Source: Opitutia bacterium (GTDB lineage: Bacteria > Verrucomicrobiota > Verrucomicrobiia > Opitutales > Opitutaceae). From it: a DNA stretch of 64,000 nt. This document shows positions 26,967-38,888 of this stretch, piece by piece. Under the pieces are notes generated by a model, which had not been told where the DNA came from, did not search any database, and worked only from the letters and a program-made list of their open reading frames with translations. Location of the stretch: NCBI GenBank assembly GCA_947478395.1, contig CANJVR010000002.1, positions 640,001 to 704,000 of the forward strand, written 5' to 3'. The translations under genes were made by a program, and so were the position numbers. Numbering within the stretch: position 1 is the first letter of the stretch; each line of letters begins with the position of its first letter.

Positions 26967-28064
26967 GTGAGCAAGAAAACGAGCGCCACCATCGAGCCCA
27001 AATCCACCGGAACCACCGCCGGCGTTAACCACGCGCTCGCGCCTGCCAACGCCGCGCTTTCCCGCGAACAAAGGATCGAACTTTTTCGCCAAATGGTCCG
27101 CATCCGCCGTTTCGAAGAGCGCTCACTCCGCGCTTACCAAGGCAAAAAGATCGGAGGCTTTCTCCATCTCTACATCGGCCAGGAAGCTGTCGCCGTCGGC
27201 TGCTGCTCGCTCATGGGCAAAGACGACCACGTCATCACCGCCTACCGCGATCACGGCCACGCCATCGCCGTCGGTATGGATACGAAACCGCTCATGGCCG
27301 AGCTCTACGGCAAAGTCACCGGTTGCTCCAAGGGTAAGGGCGGTTCGATGCATTACTTCGACCCTTCGCGTAATTACTGGGGCGGCCACGGTATCGTCGG
27401 CGGCCAGATCCCCCTCGGCGTCGGCCTCGCGTACGGAGTCAAATACAAGGGCCTCAAAGGCTCCGCGATGGCGTTTATGGGCGACGGAGCGGTCAATCAG
27501 GGCGCCGTCCACGAGGCCTATAATCTAGCCGCACTGTGGAATCTTCCGTGCGTGTTTGTCATCGAGAACAACGGTTACTCGATGGGCACGAGCCAGGCTC
27601 GTTCCTCCGCAGGCGAACTCGCCAAACGCGCCGAAGGCTACGGCATGGCGTGGGGCATGTGCGACGGTCACGACGTTTACGAAGTGCGCGCCACCATGGA
27701 TCATTTTCTGAAACGCGCCCGCGAGGAATCGAAACCCGCGGTGGTCGAGATCCGCACGTACCGCTATCGCGGTCACTCGGTCGCCGACCCGGACGACACC
27801 TACCGCAGCAAAACCGAGATCGAAGAATACCGCCGCACGAAAGATCCGATTCAGGTATTTCAGGCCATCCTGCTCGCGGAGGGTGTGCTCACGCCCGAGA
27901 GCGCCGAGCAGATCGATGCCGCCGCGCGCGCCGAGGCCGATACGGCCGCGGATTTTGCCGAGGCCAGTCCCTACCCGACGGTCGACGATATCCAGAAAGA
28001 TGTTTACTGGGAGTCCGACAATCCCTCGGAGCGCAAATCCGAAGGCCGGCTGTTTTTCAACTAA
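26967..28064 (+). CDS. pdhA: Pyruvate dehydrogenase E1 alpha subunit
   Basis: GFLHLYIGQEA, YRDHGH, GKGGSMH, TPP motif GDGA...ENN, YRYRGHS. Confidence 0.96.
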   Translation: MSKKTSATIEPKSTGTTAGVNHALAPANAALSREQRIELFRQMVRIRRFEERSLRAYQGKKIGGFLHLYIGQEAVAVGCCSLMGKDDHVITAYRDHGHAIAVGMDTKPLMAELYGKVTGCSKGKGGSMHYFDPSRNYWGGHGIVGGQIPLGVGLAYGVKYKGLKGSAMAFMGDGAVNQGAVHEAYNLAALWNLPCVFVIENNGYSMGTSQARSSAGELAKRAEGYGMAWGMCDGHDVYEVRATMDHFLKRAREESKPAVVEIRTYRYRGHSVADPDDTYRSKTEIEEYRRTKDPIQVFQAILLAEGVLTPESAEQIDAAARAEADTAADFAEASPYPTVDDIQKDVYWESDNPSERKSEGRLFFN

Positions 28065-28201
28065 GCTTTCAAGCCCTAGGCGCAAAAATGCGAATTTTCG
28101 CAAGCAAACGCTAAGTCAGAATTCACACTTTGCGTCAGCTGCGCGCTCCTTTGCGTTCCCGAGCTTAATCCGACTCCGATTTCCAAATTCAATTTTTACC
28201 G

Positions 28202-29179
28202 ATGCCACTGATCACTTACCGCGAAGCCATCCGCCACGCCCTCGCCGAGGAACTCACGCGCGACGCCAACGTCGTCGTCATGGGCGAGGAGGTCGGCCAG
28301 TTCAACGGCGCCTACAAGGTCACCCAGGGCCTGCTCGAAAAATTCGGGCCGAAACGCATCGCCGACACGCCGATCAGCGAAGCGGGCTTCATCGGCATGG
28401 GCATCGGTGCCTCGATGCTCGGCATTCGCCCAGTCATGGAGCTAATGTTCTGGTCCTTCTACTCGGTCGCGTTCGACCAGATTCTAAACAACGCGGCCAA
28501 CGTCCGCTACATGTCCGGCGGCCAGATCAATTGCCCGATCGTCATTCGCGGCCCGGCCAACGGCGGCACCAACGTCGGCGCCACGCACTCACACACGCCG
28601 GAAAACGTCCTCGCGAATCACCCAGGCGTTAAAGTCGTCGTGCCGTCCACGGCCTACGACGCCAAAGGCCTGCTCAAGTCTTCGATCCGCGACAACGATC
28701 CCGTTTTCTTCATCGAGAACACGATTCTTTACGGCGATAAGGGTGAAGTGCCCGACGAGGAATACGTGATCCCACTCGGCAAGGCCGACGTGAAGCGCGA
28801 AGGCAAGGATCTCACCATTGTCACCTACGGCCGGCCGGTGATTCAGTCGCTCGCCGCCGCCGAATTGTTGGCCAAGGAACACGACATCTCAGTTGAAATT
28901 GTCGATTTACGCACGATTCGTCCCCTCGATATCGAGACCGTATTGAAGTCCGTCGCAAAGACGCACCGCGTGCTCATCGTCGAGGAGCAGAAACCGTTCT
29001 GCGGCGTCGGCGCGCAGATTTCGCACATGATTCAGTCCGAGGCTTTCGACGAACTCGACGCCCCCATCGCCCGCCTCTGCACGATCGACGCGCCGGCGAT
29101 CTACAGCCCCGCGGTTGAATCCGAGCAACTGCCCAACCCCCAGCGCATCCTCAAAGCCGCCCTAGCCCTTCTCGACTGA
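28202..29179 (+). CDS. pdhB: Pyruvate dehydrogenase E1 beta subunit
   Basis: GEEVG, DTPISE, DLRTIRPLD; follows pdhA. Confidence 0.95.
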   Translation: MPLITYREAIRHALAEELTRDANVVVMGEEVGQFNGAYKVTQGLLEKFGPKRIADTPISEAGFIGMGIGASMLGIRPVMELMFWSFYSVAFDQILNNAANVRYMSGGQINCPIVIRGPANGGTNVGATHSHTPENVLANHPGVKVVVPSTAYDAKGLLKSSIRDNDPVFFIENTILYGDKGEVPDEEYVIPLGKADVKREGKDLTIVTYGRPVIQSLAAAELLAKEHDISVEIVDLRTIRPLDIETVLKSVAKTHRVLIVEEQKPFCGVGAQISHMIQSEAFDELDAPIARLCTIDAPAIYSPAVESEQLPNPQRILKAALALLD

Positions 29180-29321
29180 ACTCGTTCGCATCCTGAATAA
29201 GAGCAACGACGCCAAGGCTCGCAAAGATTCGCCAAGATTAAATTCTTCGCCCTGAACTTTGCCCCTCTGCGTCTGGGCGCTTACACCTCTTAACTCTCTT
29301 AGTCCTCTCCCACTCCACTCC

Positions 29322-30641
29322 ATGGCCAACATCATCGAAATGCCGAAACTCAGCGACACCATGACGGTGGGCACGCTGCTCAAGTGGCTCAAAAAAGAGG
29401 GCGATGTCGTCAAGTCCGGCGACATGCTCGCCGAAGTCGAGACCGACAAGGCCACGATGGAGCTCGAGAGCTTTTTCGACGGCACAATCCTGAAAATTTT
29501 CTCGCCTGCCGGCTCCCAGGTTCCGCTCGGTGCCGCGCTCTGTGCCATCGGCAAGCCCGGAGAGAAATTCGATACCCCAGCGCCCAAAGCCGCGCCCGCC
29601 CCCGCCGCTCCGGCGACTCCGGCCGCCACTCCCGCGCCCGCTCCAGCTCCTGTGGCCGCCGCGCCCGCTGCCGTATCTGTTGAAACGAAATCCTCGTCGC
29701 ATGCCTCCGCCGACCGAGCGGTGGCCGCGCCAACTTCGGCCCGCGTTAAGATCTCGCCCCTCGCCCGCAAACTCGCCGAGGAAAAGAAAATCGATTTCAG
29801 CCGCGTCAAAGGCTCCGGCCCGGGCGGCCGCATCGTGCGCGCCGACATCCTAGCCGCGGAAAAAAATCCGCCGGCCGCCGCGGCGAAATCCACCAAACCC
29901 GCCGGCGTCGATGTCTGGCCCTGGCGTTCCGTTCAGGACAAGTCGGCCGTCCAAGCCGAGACATTTGTCCCGGCGTCCAACATGCGCGCGACCATCGCGC
30001 GCCGTCTGCTGGAAGCCAAGACGACCATTCCTCATTTCTACCTCGATCTGGAAATCGATGCCGGACCGTTGCTGATTCTGCGCGCCCAACTCAACGCGGG
30101 TCTCGCCAAGGACGGCGTGAAACTTTCCGTCAATGATTTCGTGCTCAAAGCCGCCGCCGCCGCGCTCCGCGCCGTTCCCGGCGTGAACACCTCCTGGACT
30201 GGCGCCGGTATCCAACACCACGGCGCCGTGCACGTTTCCTTCGCGGTCGCGATCGAAGACGGCCTGATCACACCGGTGATTCGCAACACCGACACGAAGA
30301 CTCTCTTTCAAATCAGCAGCGAAGCGAAAGCGCTGGGTGGGCGTGCAAAGGACAAAAAGCTGCAGCCCGCCGAATTCACCGGCGGCACGTTCTGTGTCTC
30401 GAATCTCGGCATGGCCGGGATTGACCGCTTCTGCGCAATCATCAATCCGCCCAACGCCGCGATCCTCGCGGTCGGCGCGACGGTCAAGAAGCCGGTGGTG
30501 AAGGACGATGCGATCGTGATTGGCGAACGCATGACACTCACGCTCTCCGGCGATCACCGCGTAGTCGACGGCTTGCTCGGCGCCAAATTTCTTAACGCCG
30601 TCAAAGCCCACCTCGAGACGCCCGCGTTGCTGCTGCTCTAA
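29322..30641 (+). CDS. pdhC: Pyruvate dehydrogenase E2 dihydrolipoamide acetyltransferase
   Basis: Lipoyl motif ETDKA, Ala/Pro linker, E3-binding SPLARK...GSGPGGRI, catalytic DHRVVDG. Confidence 0.95.
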   Translation: MANIIEMPKLSDTMTVGTLLKWLKKEGDVVKSGDMLAEVETDKATMELESFFDGTILKIFSPAGSQVPLGAALCAIGKPGEKFDTPAPKAAPAPAAPATPAATPAPAPAPVAAAPAAVSVETKSSSHASADRAVAAPTSARVKISPLARKLAEEKKIDFSRVKGSGPGGRIVRADILAAEKNPPAAAAKSTKPAGVDVWPWRSVQDKSAVQAETFVPASNMRATIARRLLEAKTTIPHFYLDLEIDAGPLLILRAQLNAGLAKDGVKLSVNDFVLKAAAAALRAVPGVNTSWTGAGIQHHGAVHVSFAVAIEDGLITPVIRNTDTKTLFQISSEAKALGGRAKDKKLQPAEFTGGTFCVSNLGMAGIDRFCAIINPPNAAILAVGATVKKPVVKDDAIVIGERMTLTLSGDHRVVDGLLGAKFLNAVKAHLETPALLLL

Positions 30642-30683
30642 GCGGAAATTCGGATTCAACCCGAGCCGGTGCGATCGACGTTT

Positions 30684-30749
30684 CGGCAGGCGTACCTGCC
30701 GGCCGAAACGATCGCGCCGAACCCGGCAGGCAGAGACGCCCGCCGCTAC
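30684..30749. repeat. REP-like inverted pair (GTAGCGGCAGGCGTC family) between convergent pdhC and uvrB
   Basis: CGGCAGGCAGAGACGCCCGCCGCTAC (30724-30749) matches 35211-35236 at 24/26; left arm CGGCAGGCGT at 30684. Confidence 0.6.
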
Positions 30750-30930
30750 TCAAAACGGCCGCGGGCGACTTTAATCCGCTCTCCCGCGCCCTCCCGCCCA
30801 TTTCTGGCTGGAGTGCCCGGGCGGCTGTCGTTGCGTGCGGGCTCGCGCGGACGCTTTCGGAAAGCGGCGGCATGTCGGCTCACTCCAAACGGCACCAGTG
30901 CGTGCGCTACCTGCCGATTTCTACCCGCCT

Positions 30931-32982
<2,052 letters not shown>

Positions 32983-33091
32983 GATGGTTTAAGTGCGAGC
33001 CACGAAATCCAGATCGCCCGGAATAGCCATTCTCGCCTCACGGGAAGCACCGGCAAGATTCAATGACTGGGGCGTGGCTTCAAACCCGGAT

Positions 33092-33152
33092 TGGGAGCGC
33101 GGCCGCCCTCGGCCGCATTGTCGAAAAGCGGCTGGGGGTGGCCGCGCTCCCA
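33092..33152. repeat. GC-rich inverted repeat (REP-like hairpin, TGGGAGCGCGGCC...GGCCGCGCTCCCA)
   Basis: 25-nt arms at 33092-33116 and 33128-33152 are complementary when G-U pairs are allowed. Confidence 0.65.
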
Positions 33153-33163
33153 GCGGACACTCC

Positions 33164-33859
33164 CTAGCCAGCGACAATCGCTCGCAAGTCCGGCACCGTG
33201 AGTTCGTCGAGCCGTGCCACCACGCGATGCACCCGGCCCTCAAGCACGGCGGCCGCATGCGTCGTCGCCACCCCCACGACCTTCATTCCGCCCGCGTGCC
33301 CCGCTTCGATGCCGGCTAAGGCGTCTTCGAACACGATGCACCGCGCCGGCGGCACGCCGGTCTTGGCCGCGGCTTTTAGGAAAACGTCCGGGTGCGGTTT
33401 GCCGTGATTTACATCCTCCGACGTGACCATGCCGCCAAACAACCCGTCGAACTTCAAAACGCCGAGGATTGTCAGAATGTTTTCCCGGTGGGTCGATGAG
33501 CCGATGCAATTCGGCACGCCCGCCGCGCGCAATCGCTCGAGGAAAATATGCACGCCGGGCAAAGCCTCCAACCCGCGCTCCACGACGATTTCTCGGTAGA
33601 GCGCTTCCTTGCGCAACGAAAGCCGGCGCACTTCGGCGGGATCTTCGGTCCACTGTAAAAGATGCGGAATGATCCACTCGTTCTTTTTTCCGAAGCCCAC
33701 TTTAAAATGGTCGGCGGGGAGCGCCACGTTCTCTTCAACAGCGAGGCGTTCCCAACTCTCCTCATGCTGCCGGGATGAATCGATGATCACACCATCCCAG
33801 TCGAAGAGCACTGCCACGGCATCGCCGCTCCGGGATTTTTGAACTTCAGGAAGACTCAT
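33164..33859 (-). CDS. HAD-IA family phosphatase (beta-phosphoglucomutase-like)
   Basis: FDWDGVIIDS, SS, KPHPD, FEDA. Confidence 0.9.
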   Translation of the reverse strand: MSLPEVQKSRSGDAVAVLFDWDGVIIDSSRQHEESWERLAVEENVALPADHFKVGFGKKNEWIIPHLLQWTEDPAEVRRLSLRKEALYREIVVERGLEALPGVHIFLERLRAAGVPNCIGSSTHRENILTILGVLKFDGLFGGMVTSEDVNHGKPHPDVFLKAAAKTGVPPARCIVFEDALAGIEAGHAGGMKVVGVATTHAAAVLEGRVHRVVARLDELTVPDLRAIVAG

Positions 33860-34048
33860 GATCGCCGAAAACTGGGGGCACGTCCGGCCTTGGCCGCAAG
33901 TCCGAACATTGACCCAAACGATGCCGTTGCCTTCGAGGTGGGTGAGATCGCTCACGAGCGTCGGAGCGTCGGCCAGCGGAGCGGCCTTCGCACGTTCTCC
34001 ATTATCGCCCCCGACCGAGCGCGCTTCAGGTCGACCGCTGCGTTCCGG

Positions 34049-34696
34049 CTAAGACGTCAGGCCTCGGCCGCCCCGTTTCAGAAAAAACCGCGCGATACGG
34101 CGCGCGGTCGGGCCCAGCAGAAACAACCACGCCGCCGCGACCGCCCAAGGACTCTCCCACTCCCACGCTGCCTCGACATAGTATCGAACGCGCGATCGCT
34201 TCACCTCCGCTTGCTTCAAACCCGCTTCCGTTTTCGCGAGGGCGATTTCGATTCCGTCACGTTCCCACGTAGCGCGCGTGTAGTCTTTCTTGGACTGCAA
34301 CACCTTCTTCCCTGCGTCGTCCCGCACCGTCTGCATGCGCTCGAGTTGCTCCGCGTTGGCCTTCTGTTGCGCGCGATTGCCGAAATATTTCTCCCAGGTG
34401 CTTTCGAGCTCATTCAGCCGCACGATGATGCTGTCCGCCTGCTTGAGTCGCTCCAACTGCGCGGTCGTTTCCCCGGACAAGCGCGCCAATTTTTTTTCCA
34501 CGTCAACGCTCGCCGCCTTGAACTTAATTCGTTCGGCATTCAACGCCCCCAACCGGTCCTGGCGCACGGCCTCGAAGTCCGCCGAATCGTGAGCGAAAAG
34601 CCAGTAGGCGCCCGCCGCCACCGCGAGTCCGAGCAGGACCGCCGTGACCAGCGCCCTAATCACCAACCGGCGAATAAAAAGTGAGAGTTGGTCCAT
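34049..34696 (-). CDS. Hypothetical membrane protein with a long coiled coil between two TM segments
   Basis: N-terminal TM, charged heptad-rich centre, C-terminal TM (WAVAAAWLFLLG). Confidence 0.6.
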   Translation of the reverse strand: MDQLSLFIRRLVIRALVTAVLLGLAVAAGAYWLFAHDSADFEAVRQDRLGALNAERIKFKAASVDVEKKLARLSGETTAQLERLKQADSIIVRLNELESTWEKYFGNRAQQKANAEQLERMQTVRDDAGKKVLQSKKDYTRATWERDGIEIALAKTEAGLKQAEVKRSRVRYYVEAAWEWESPWAVAAAWLFLLGPTARRIARFFLKRGGRGLTS

Positions 34697-35166
34697 GAAT
34701 ATTTTAGTGCCCCGCGTAAAAGCGGTGAATGGCGAATTGATGAAGACGGCACGGTTGAAGCCAATTGCTAAACCGATCAGACGCGCCAAACCCCCGTGGT
34801 GCCTTGCGGCCGCGGCCACGAATACCCGGACGACCGACCGACGCGGACAAAATTATCGCGCAATGCGGCGACATCGAATTGGTCCCGGATCTCCTCTGAA
34901 ACTCCATTGGCGTGATTTTTCGTATTTCGAGTGGGGGCAAAAAAACTTTCCAATTTTTATTGGAGGCGTGACGAGGTCCTCACGAAACTTCCCCCCATCC
35001 TCGATGCCGCGAAGGAGTCGGCGAAAGCGCCGAAGGACAAATTCGGCTTCAGCCGTCGCCTCGCCGCCGCTCACGCTCCGTATCCAAAGCGTCGCTCAAC
35101 CCCAAGACCGCGCAGGGCCTCCTTCCTTAATTCAGCGCGGTTTATTTTTTCCCGTGGCCGTTTTAA

Positions 35167-35265
35167 GTAGCGGCAGGCGTCTCTGCGGGGCGGGTTAGGC
35201 GTTCGCCCATCGGCAGGCAGGGACGCCTGCCGCTACGTCGTTAGCGCTACGCTTTGGGTTGAACC
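35167..35265. repeat. REPIN-like inverted REP pair (GTAGCGGCAGGCGTCTC...GGGACGCCTGCCGCTAC) with shared flank
   Basis: 17-nt arms at 35167-35183 and 35220-35236 are complementary; flank TAGCGCTACGCTTTGGGTTGAACC is shared with 13453-13477. Confidence 0.7.
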
Positions 35266-35267
35266 AA

Positions 35268-36710
35268 TCAGAGCACCAAGAAGCAAATTGCCATCACGAG
35301 GGTCGGCACCAGCGCGCCGAGAAATAAACCCAGCGGCGCGATGCCGTCGGGGAAGTAGTTTTTCAGAATCGCCTGCCCCGCGGGGTTGGGGGCGTTGGCG
35401 ATCACTGTGAGTCCTCCGCCGGTCACTGCACCGGCGACGACCGCGTGCTTCATGGCGTCGCTGAAATTCGGCACGAGCGTCGCGAGATAGGTGATCGCCG
35501 CATTGTCGTTGAACGCCGTCAGTGCGGTCGCCGCGAAAAACAACGGCTTCTCCGCGAGGCTCTGTAGGACAGGCTGGATCCACCAACCTTGCAGCCCGCC
35601 GTGCACGACGAGCCCAGCGAGGAAAAATCCCACGAGCACCGGCGCGCGCAGGTCGATACCGCTTTGGTGGTGCGCCGTTGCCTGCGTGAACGCGATGAAG
35701 AATAAAAACGCCGCGATAAACAGCACCGGATAGTGCGCCGTCGCGACCACCATCGCCAGGAAGCCGAGCTGCGCGACCGTCACCCACGCCGGAATGGGCG
35801 CCACGTTCGCTTCGTCGCCGCGGGCGGCATCCTGCTCAGACGCGGGCCTTAATGTGCGCAGCTCCCCGCGAAACCGGAAAAAATAAACGAGCGTCGCGGC
35901 CGCGATTCCGACCACCGCCTTCCAGCCAAAATTCTGCAGCATGTGCCCGAGCCCCCACTGCCAAGGTGCCGCCACCATCAATACCGGCGGCGCGGCAAAA
36001 TGCGTCAGTGTGCCGCCGACCGACACGTTCACGAAGAGCAGCCCGAGTGTCGCGTATTTGAGCCGAGGGCTCGGATTCAACGCGTAGAATTGTTTCCCTA
36101 GCAGCAGCGCCGCAATGGTCATGGCCGCCGGTTCGGTGATAAACGACCCAAGCACCGGCGCGACGATGAGGATGGAAAGCCACCACGCCGCGGGCGTCGC
36201 GCGGCCCAGTCGGGCCACACCACGCAAAAACCGCTCCGCCAGCACGAGCACCGGACGCGTCCCCGCGACCGCCATCACGACCACGACGAACATCGCCTCG
36301 GTGTAGTTCGCCGTGTGCGCGACGTAGTCGATCGCCGTCGGCAGGCCCTTGAAAACGACGATCGCAGCGCCGAGCACCACGGCCCAAATCCCAAAGATCG
36401 CCTCGATCTCGCCGAAAAAATGTAAGATCTGGCCCGCGAAGCTCACCTCGGCCGATTGGCTCCCGGGCGCGTTGCGCTGTCCGTTGGTGTGGGCCCGCGC
36501 GGCGTGCTGCTCTTCAACTCGGTGCGCGAGGTGCTGGATTTTTCCGGCCAGAAACGTGTGCAGAATCGCCGCGAAAAATAGACCCGAGGCGATGACGTTG
36601 AATGGCTCCGCTTGCCCGCGGGCGATCAGCGTCTCGAGTAGTCCTGCGCCCACGGGCGGCGTATACGCATCGAGCGGCAGCGGAAACAGCGCTGTTCCCG
36701 CTGCACTCAT
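35268..36710 (-). CDS. Putative Na+/H+ antiporter (DUF1504-type IT-superfamily membrane protein)
   Basis: Many TM helices; GSFITEPAAMT, NVSVGGTLTHFAAPP, DNAA, GGGLTVIANAPNPAG. Confidence 0.75.
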   Translation of the reverse strand: MSAAGTALFPLPLDAYTPPVGAGLLETLIARGQAEPFNVIASGLFFAAILHTFLAGKIQHLAHRVEEQHAARAHTNGQRNAPGSQSAEVSFAGQILHFFGEIEAIFGIWAVVLGAAIVVFKGLPTAIDYVAHTANYTEAMFVVVVMAVAGTRPVLVLAERFLRGVARLGRATPAAWWLSILIVAPVLGSFITEPAAMTIAALLLGKQFYALNPSPRLKYATLGLLFVNVSVGGTLTHFAAPPVLMVAAPWQWGLGHMLQNFGWKAVVGIAAATLVYFFRFRGELRTLRPASEQDAARGDEANVAPIPAWVTVAQLGFLAMVVATAHYPVLFIAAFLFFIAFTQATAHHQSGIDLRAPVLVGFFLAGLVVHGGLQGWWIQPVLQSLAEKPLFFAATALTAFNDNAAITYLATLVPNFSDAMKHAVVAGAVTGGGLTVIANAPNPAGQAILKNYFPDGIAPLGLFLGALVPTLVMAICFLVL

Positions 36711-37351
36711 GCGAGTAACGCCGGCAACGCGTCCAGCGAACGGATGAAATGATGGGCACCGGCCTTCACCTTCGCTCGTTCGACGTAACGACCGAAACCG
36801 ACAAACACATCCACCATCGGCTTCGCCTCCATATCGCTTACCCCGTCGCCCACCATTACCGTGCGGGCCGGCTGCAACTCACGCCGCAGCGCCGCGACGA
36901 CTTCCGGTTTTCCACCCGAGCGCGTTGTTGGAAACCGCTCGTCGAATCCACGGTAATTCCCTGCTTCGTCGAAAAATAAATCAACCGCCTCCACCCGGGC
37001 CACGCCGAGTAGATCCGCCAGAGGCCGGATGGCCGGTCGAAACCCGCCGCTCACGATCACCACCTGCCAGCCTTGTCGCTGGAGCGCGGCCACCGTCGCA
37101 CGGGCCGTCGGCTCGATCGTTTCGATATAGCGCTGGCCGATCGCCACCACGTCAACGAGCCGGGGCTGGATGATTTCCAGGCGGCGAGCGAATACGGCCT
37201 CGACGGAAAGTTTCCCGTTCATGGCGTCGTTCGTCATAGCCTCGACCTGTGCAAAAATATCAGGACCGCGCACCCGCGCGAGTTCGTCGATGCCCTCGAT
37301 CGCGCTGAGCGTGCTGTCGCAGTCGAAGCAAATGAGTTTGGGAAATTCCAC
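36707..37351 (-). CDS. HAD-IB phosphatase (phosphoserine phosphatase-like)
   Basis: FDCDSTL, EGIDELA, VSGGF, K, GDGVSD; 4-nt overlap with the antiporter gene. Confidence 0.85.
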   Translation of the reverse strand: MEFPKLICFDCDSTLSAIEGIDELARVRGPDIFAQVEAMTNDAMNGKLSVEAVFARRLEIIQPRLVDVVAIGQRYIETIEPTARATVAALQRQGWQVVIVSGGFRPAIRPLADLLGVARVEAVDLFFDEAGNYRGFDERFPTTRSGGKPEVVAALRRELQPARTVMVGDGVSDMEAKPMVDVFVGFGRYVERAKVKAGAHHFIRSLDALPALLA

Positions 37352-37565
37352 GGAACCACACGGAACACACGGAAATGCCAGCCGACTCAAACTCCATTTT
37401 GCGCCCGGATCCGAACAAGGTGGCGCGCGGCCCCCGGGCGCGACCAAGGCGCTTTAACCAAAAGCGTCGCCGCTACACAAACGGGCACAGAAAACTCAAG
37501 CCGCTCTAGATGGGGCGCCGAACCGCTCGCCGCCGGCGGCCGCCACGTCCCCTGTTTCGGACCAA

Positions 37566-37592
37566 TAAAAAACCCGCCGGAATCGGCGGGTT
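37566..37592 (-). terminator. Rho-independent terminator of the rpmJ-rpmE operon
   Basis: Minus strand AACCCGCCG-ATTC-CGGCGGGTT followed by TTTTA. Confidence 0.8.
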
Positions 37593-37619
37593 CGGTCCTG
37601 ACGGCGTTCGGGAAGGACC

Positions 37620-37874
37620 TTATTTCTTCGCGGAAACGCGCTTGAACTTGTTCGTGAACTTCTCGACGCGGCCGGCGGTGTCGACGAGACGCTTCTCGCC
37701 GGTGTAGGCGGGATGCGAGTCCATCGTCACGTCGCGCACGACGACGAAATATTCAGTGCCGTCGATGACTTCCTTGCGAGCGGACTTCATCGTGGACTTG
37801 GTGAGGAAACGCTTGCCGCTCGCGACATCGAGGAAGCACACGTTATTGAGGATGGGATGGCCTTCGGCTTTCAC
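37620..37874 (-). CDS. rpmE2: 50S ribosomal protein L31 type B (zinc-free)
   Basis: (M)KAEGHP...FLTKST...SHPAYTG...GRVEKF; no CxC/CxxC zinc motifs. Confidence 0.92.
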   Translation of the reverse strand: MKAEGHPILNNVCFLDVASGKRFLTKSTMKSARKEVIDGTEYFVVVRDVTMDSHPAYTGEKRLVDTAGRVEKFTNKFKRVSAKK

Positions 37875-37894
37875 GGTGATAAGAGATTTTTTTA

Positions 37895-38020
37895 TTAGCC
37901 TTGGCGCGCTTTGTAACGCGGCTCGACTTTGTTGATCACGTAGATCTTGCCTTTGCGACGCACGACTTGGCATGCCGGGTGACGCTTCTTGGCGGATTTA
38001 ATGGAGGAAACGACTTTCAT
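37895..38020 (-). CDS. rpmJ: 50S ribosomal protein L36 type B (zinc-free, YkgO-like)
   Basis: [41 protein letters not shown], 41 aa, only one Cys. Confidence 0.95.
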   Translation of the reverse strand: MKVVSSIKSAKKRHPACQVVRRKGKIYVINKVEPRYKARQG

Positions 38021-38030
38021 AAAACGGGTG

Positions 38031-38059
38031 AAAACAGAGCGCGAGTTCACCCCTGTCAA
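38031..38059 (-). promoter_or_regulatory. Putative sigma70-type promoter for rpmJ-rpmE2, giving a very short leader
   Basis: Minus strand TTGACA-17 nt-TGTTTT ending 10 nt before the ATG. Confidence 0.45.
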
Positions 38060-38287
38060 CTGAATAGTCCCTACAGAATCAATCCGGCCCATCAACCGGC
38101 GAGGCGGCAAAAGTCATCGGACTTTTAGCCACGAAAAGGCGCAGGAATTTCGATACATCCGGGGGAGTCTTGATCGCGCTTGTAAGTGCGCGGGCGACGG
38201 GAACGCGGGAAGAGAAATTTTAGCGTCTCTTTAAGGCCAACTCTTGCGGAGTTTTCTTGGGCTCAGCGGCAACACGATCCACTCCCC

Positions 38288-38842
38288 TCAATTTTTCTCC
38301 GGTTCATCCGGCTCGTCCGCCAGGAGCTTCCACTCTTCGCCTTCGCGCGAGAGCAGCGTTCGCCACAGATTATCGTCCGGCGGCAGGGAAAAAAGATCGG
38401 ACGGCGCCGGCGCCACCACCCACGTATTCTGACCCAGTTCGTTCTCCAACTGACCCTCTGACCAGCCGGAGTAGCCCACATAGGCCCGCAATGACGTGGC
38501 CTCTTCGTCGAAGAGTTGCGCCGCCTTTTCCGGCTCGATGCCGAAGTGCAGGCGGAAACCGTCGTCGCGTTCCTGCCACGCGACCAGCACCAGTTGTTTC
38601 TCCTCGACCGGTCCGCCCTGACACACGGGCACACTCGCGAGCGGCCCGAGCGCGAAATCGCCTTTCAATTCCCCCAAACGCCGGCCCAGCGGACGATTCA
38701 AAACCACACCCATCGCGCCCGAGGCGCTGTGAGCCGACATCAACACCACCGCGCGCCGAAAATTCGGATCGCGCAGAGACGGATGCGCCAGCAACAGCGC
38801 CCCTGCCAGCGATTCCCGGCCTACTTTTTCGCGTTCGCGCAT
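38288..38842 (-). CDS. YqgE/AlgH family protein (DUF179)
   Basis: DPNFRRAVV, GAMGVVLNRP, GGPV, GYSGW...GQLENE. Confidence 0.9.
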   Translation of the reverse strand: MREREKVGRESLAGALLLAHPSLRDPNFRRAVVLMSAHSASGAMGVVLNRPLGRRLGELKGDFALGPLASVPVCQGGPVEEKQLVLVAWQERDDGFRLHFGIEPEKAAQLFDEEATSLRAYVGYSGWSEGQLENELGQNTWVVAPAPSDLFSLPPDDNLWRTLLSREGEEWKLLADEPDEPEKN

Positions 38843-38888
38843 GATCAAAGAACGACTATTTAACTCCGGACATCGTGAAGGGTCAAAG

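Noticed and set aside
37348..37374. Short tandem CACGGAA repeats as CRISPR or contingency locus
   Set aside because: Three 7-nt units with 2-3 nt spacing; no 25-40-nt repeat-spacer structure and no cas genes.
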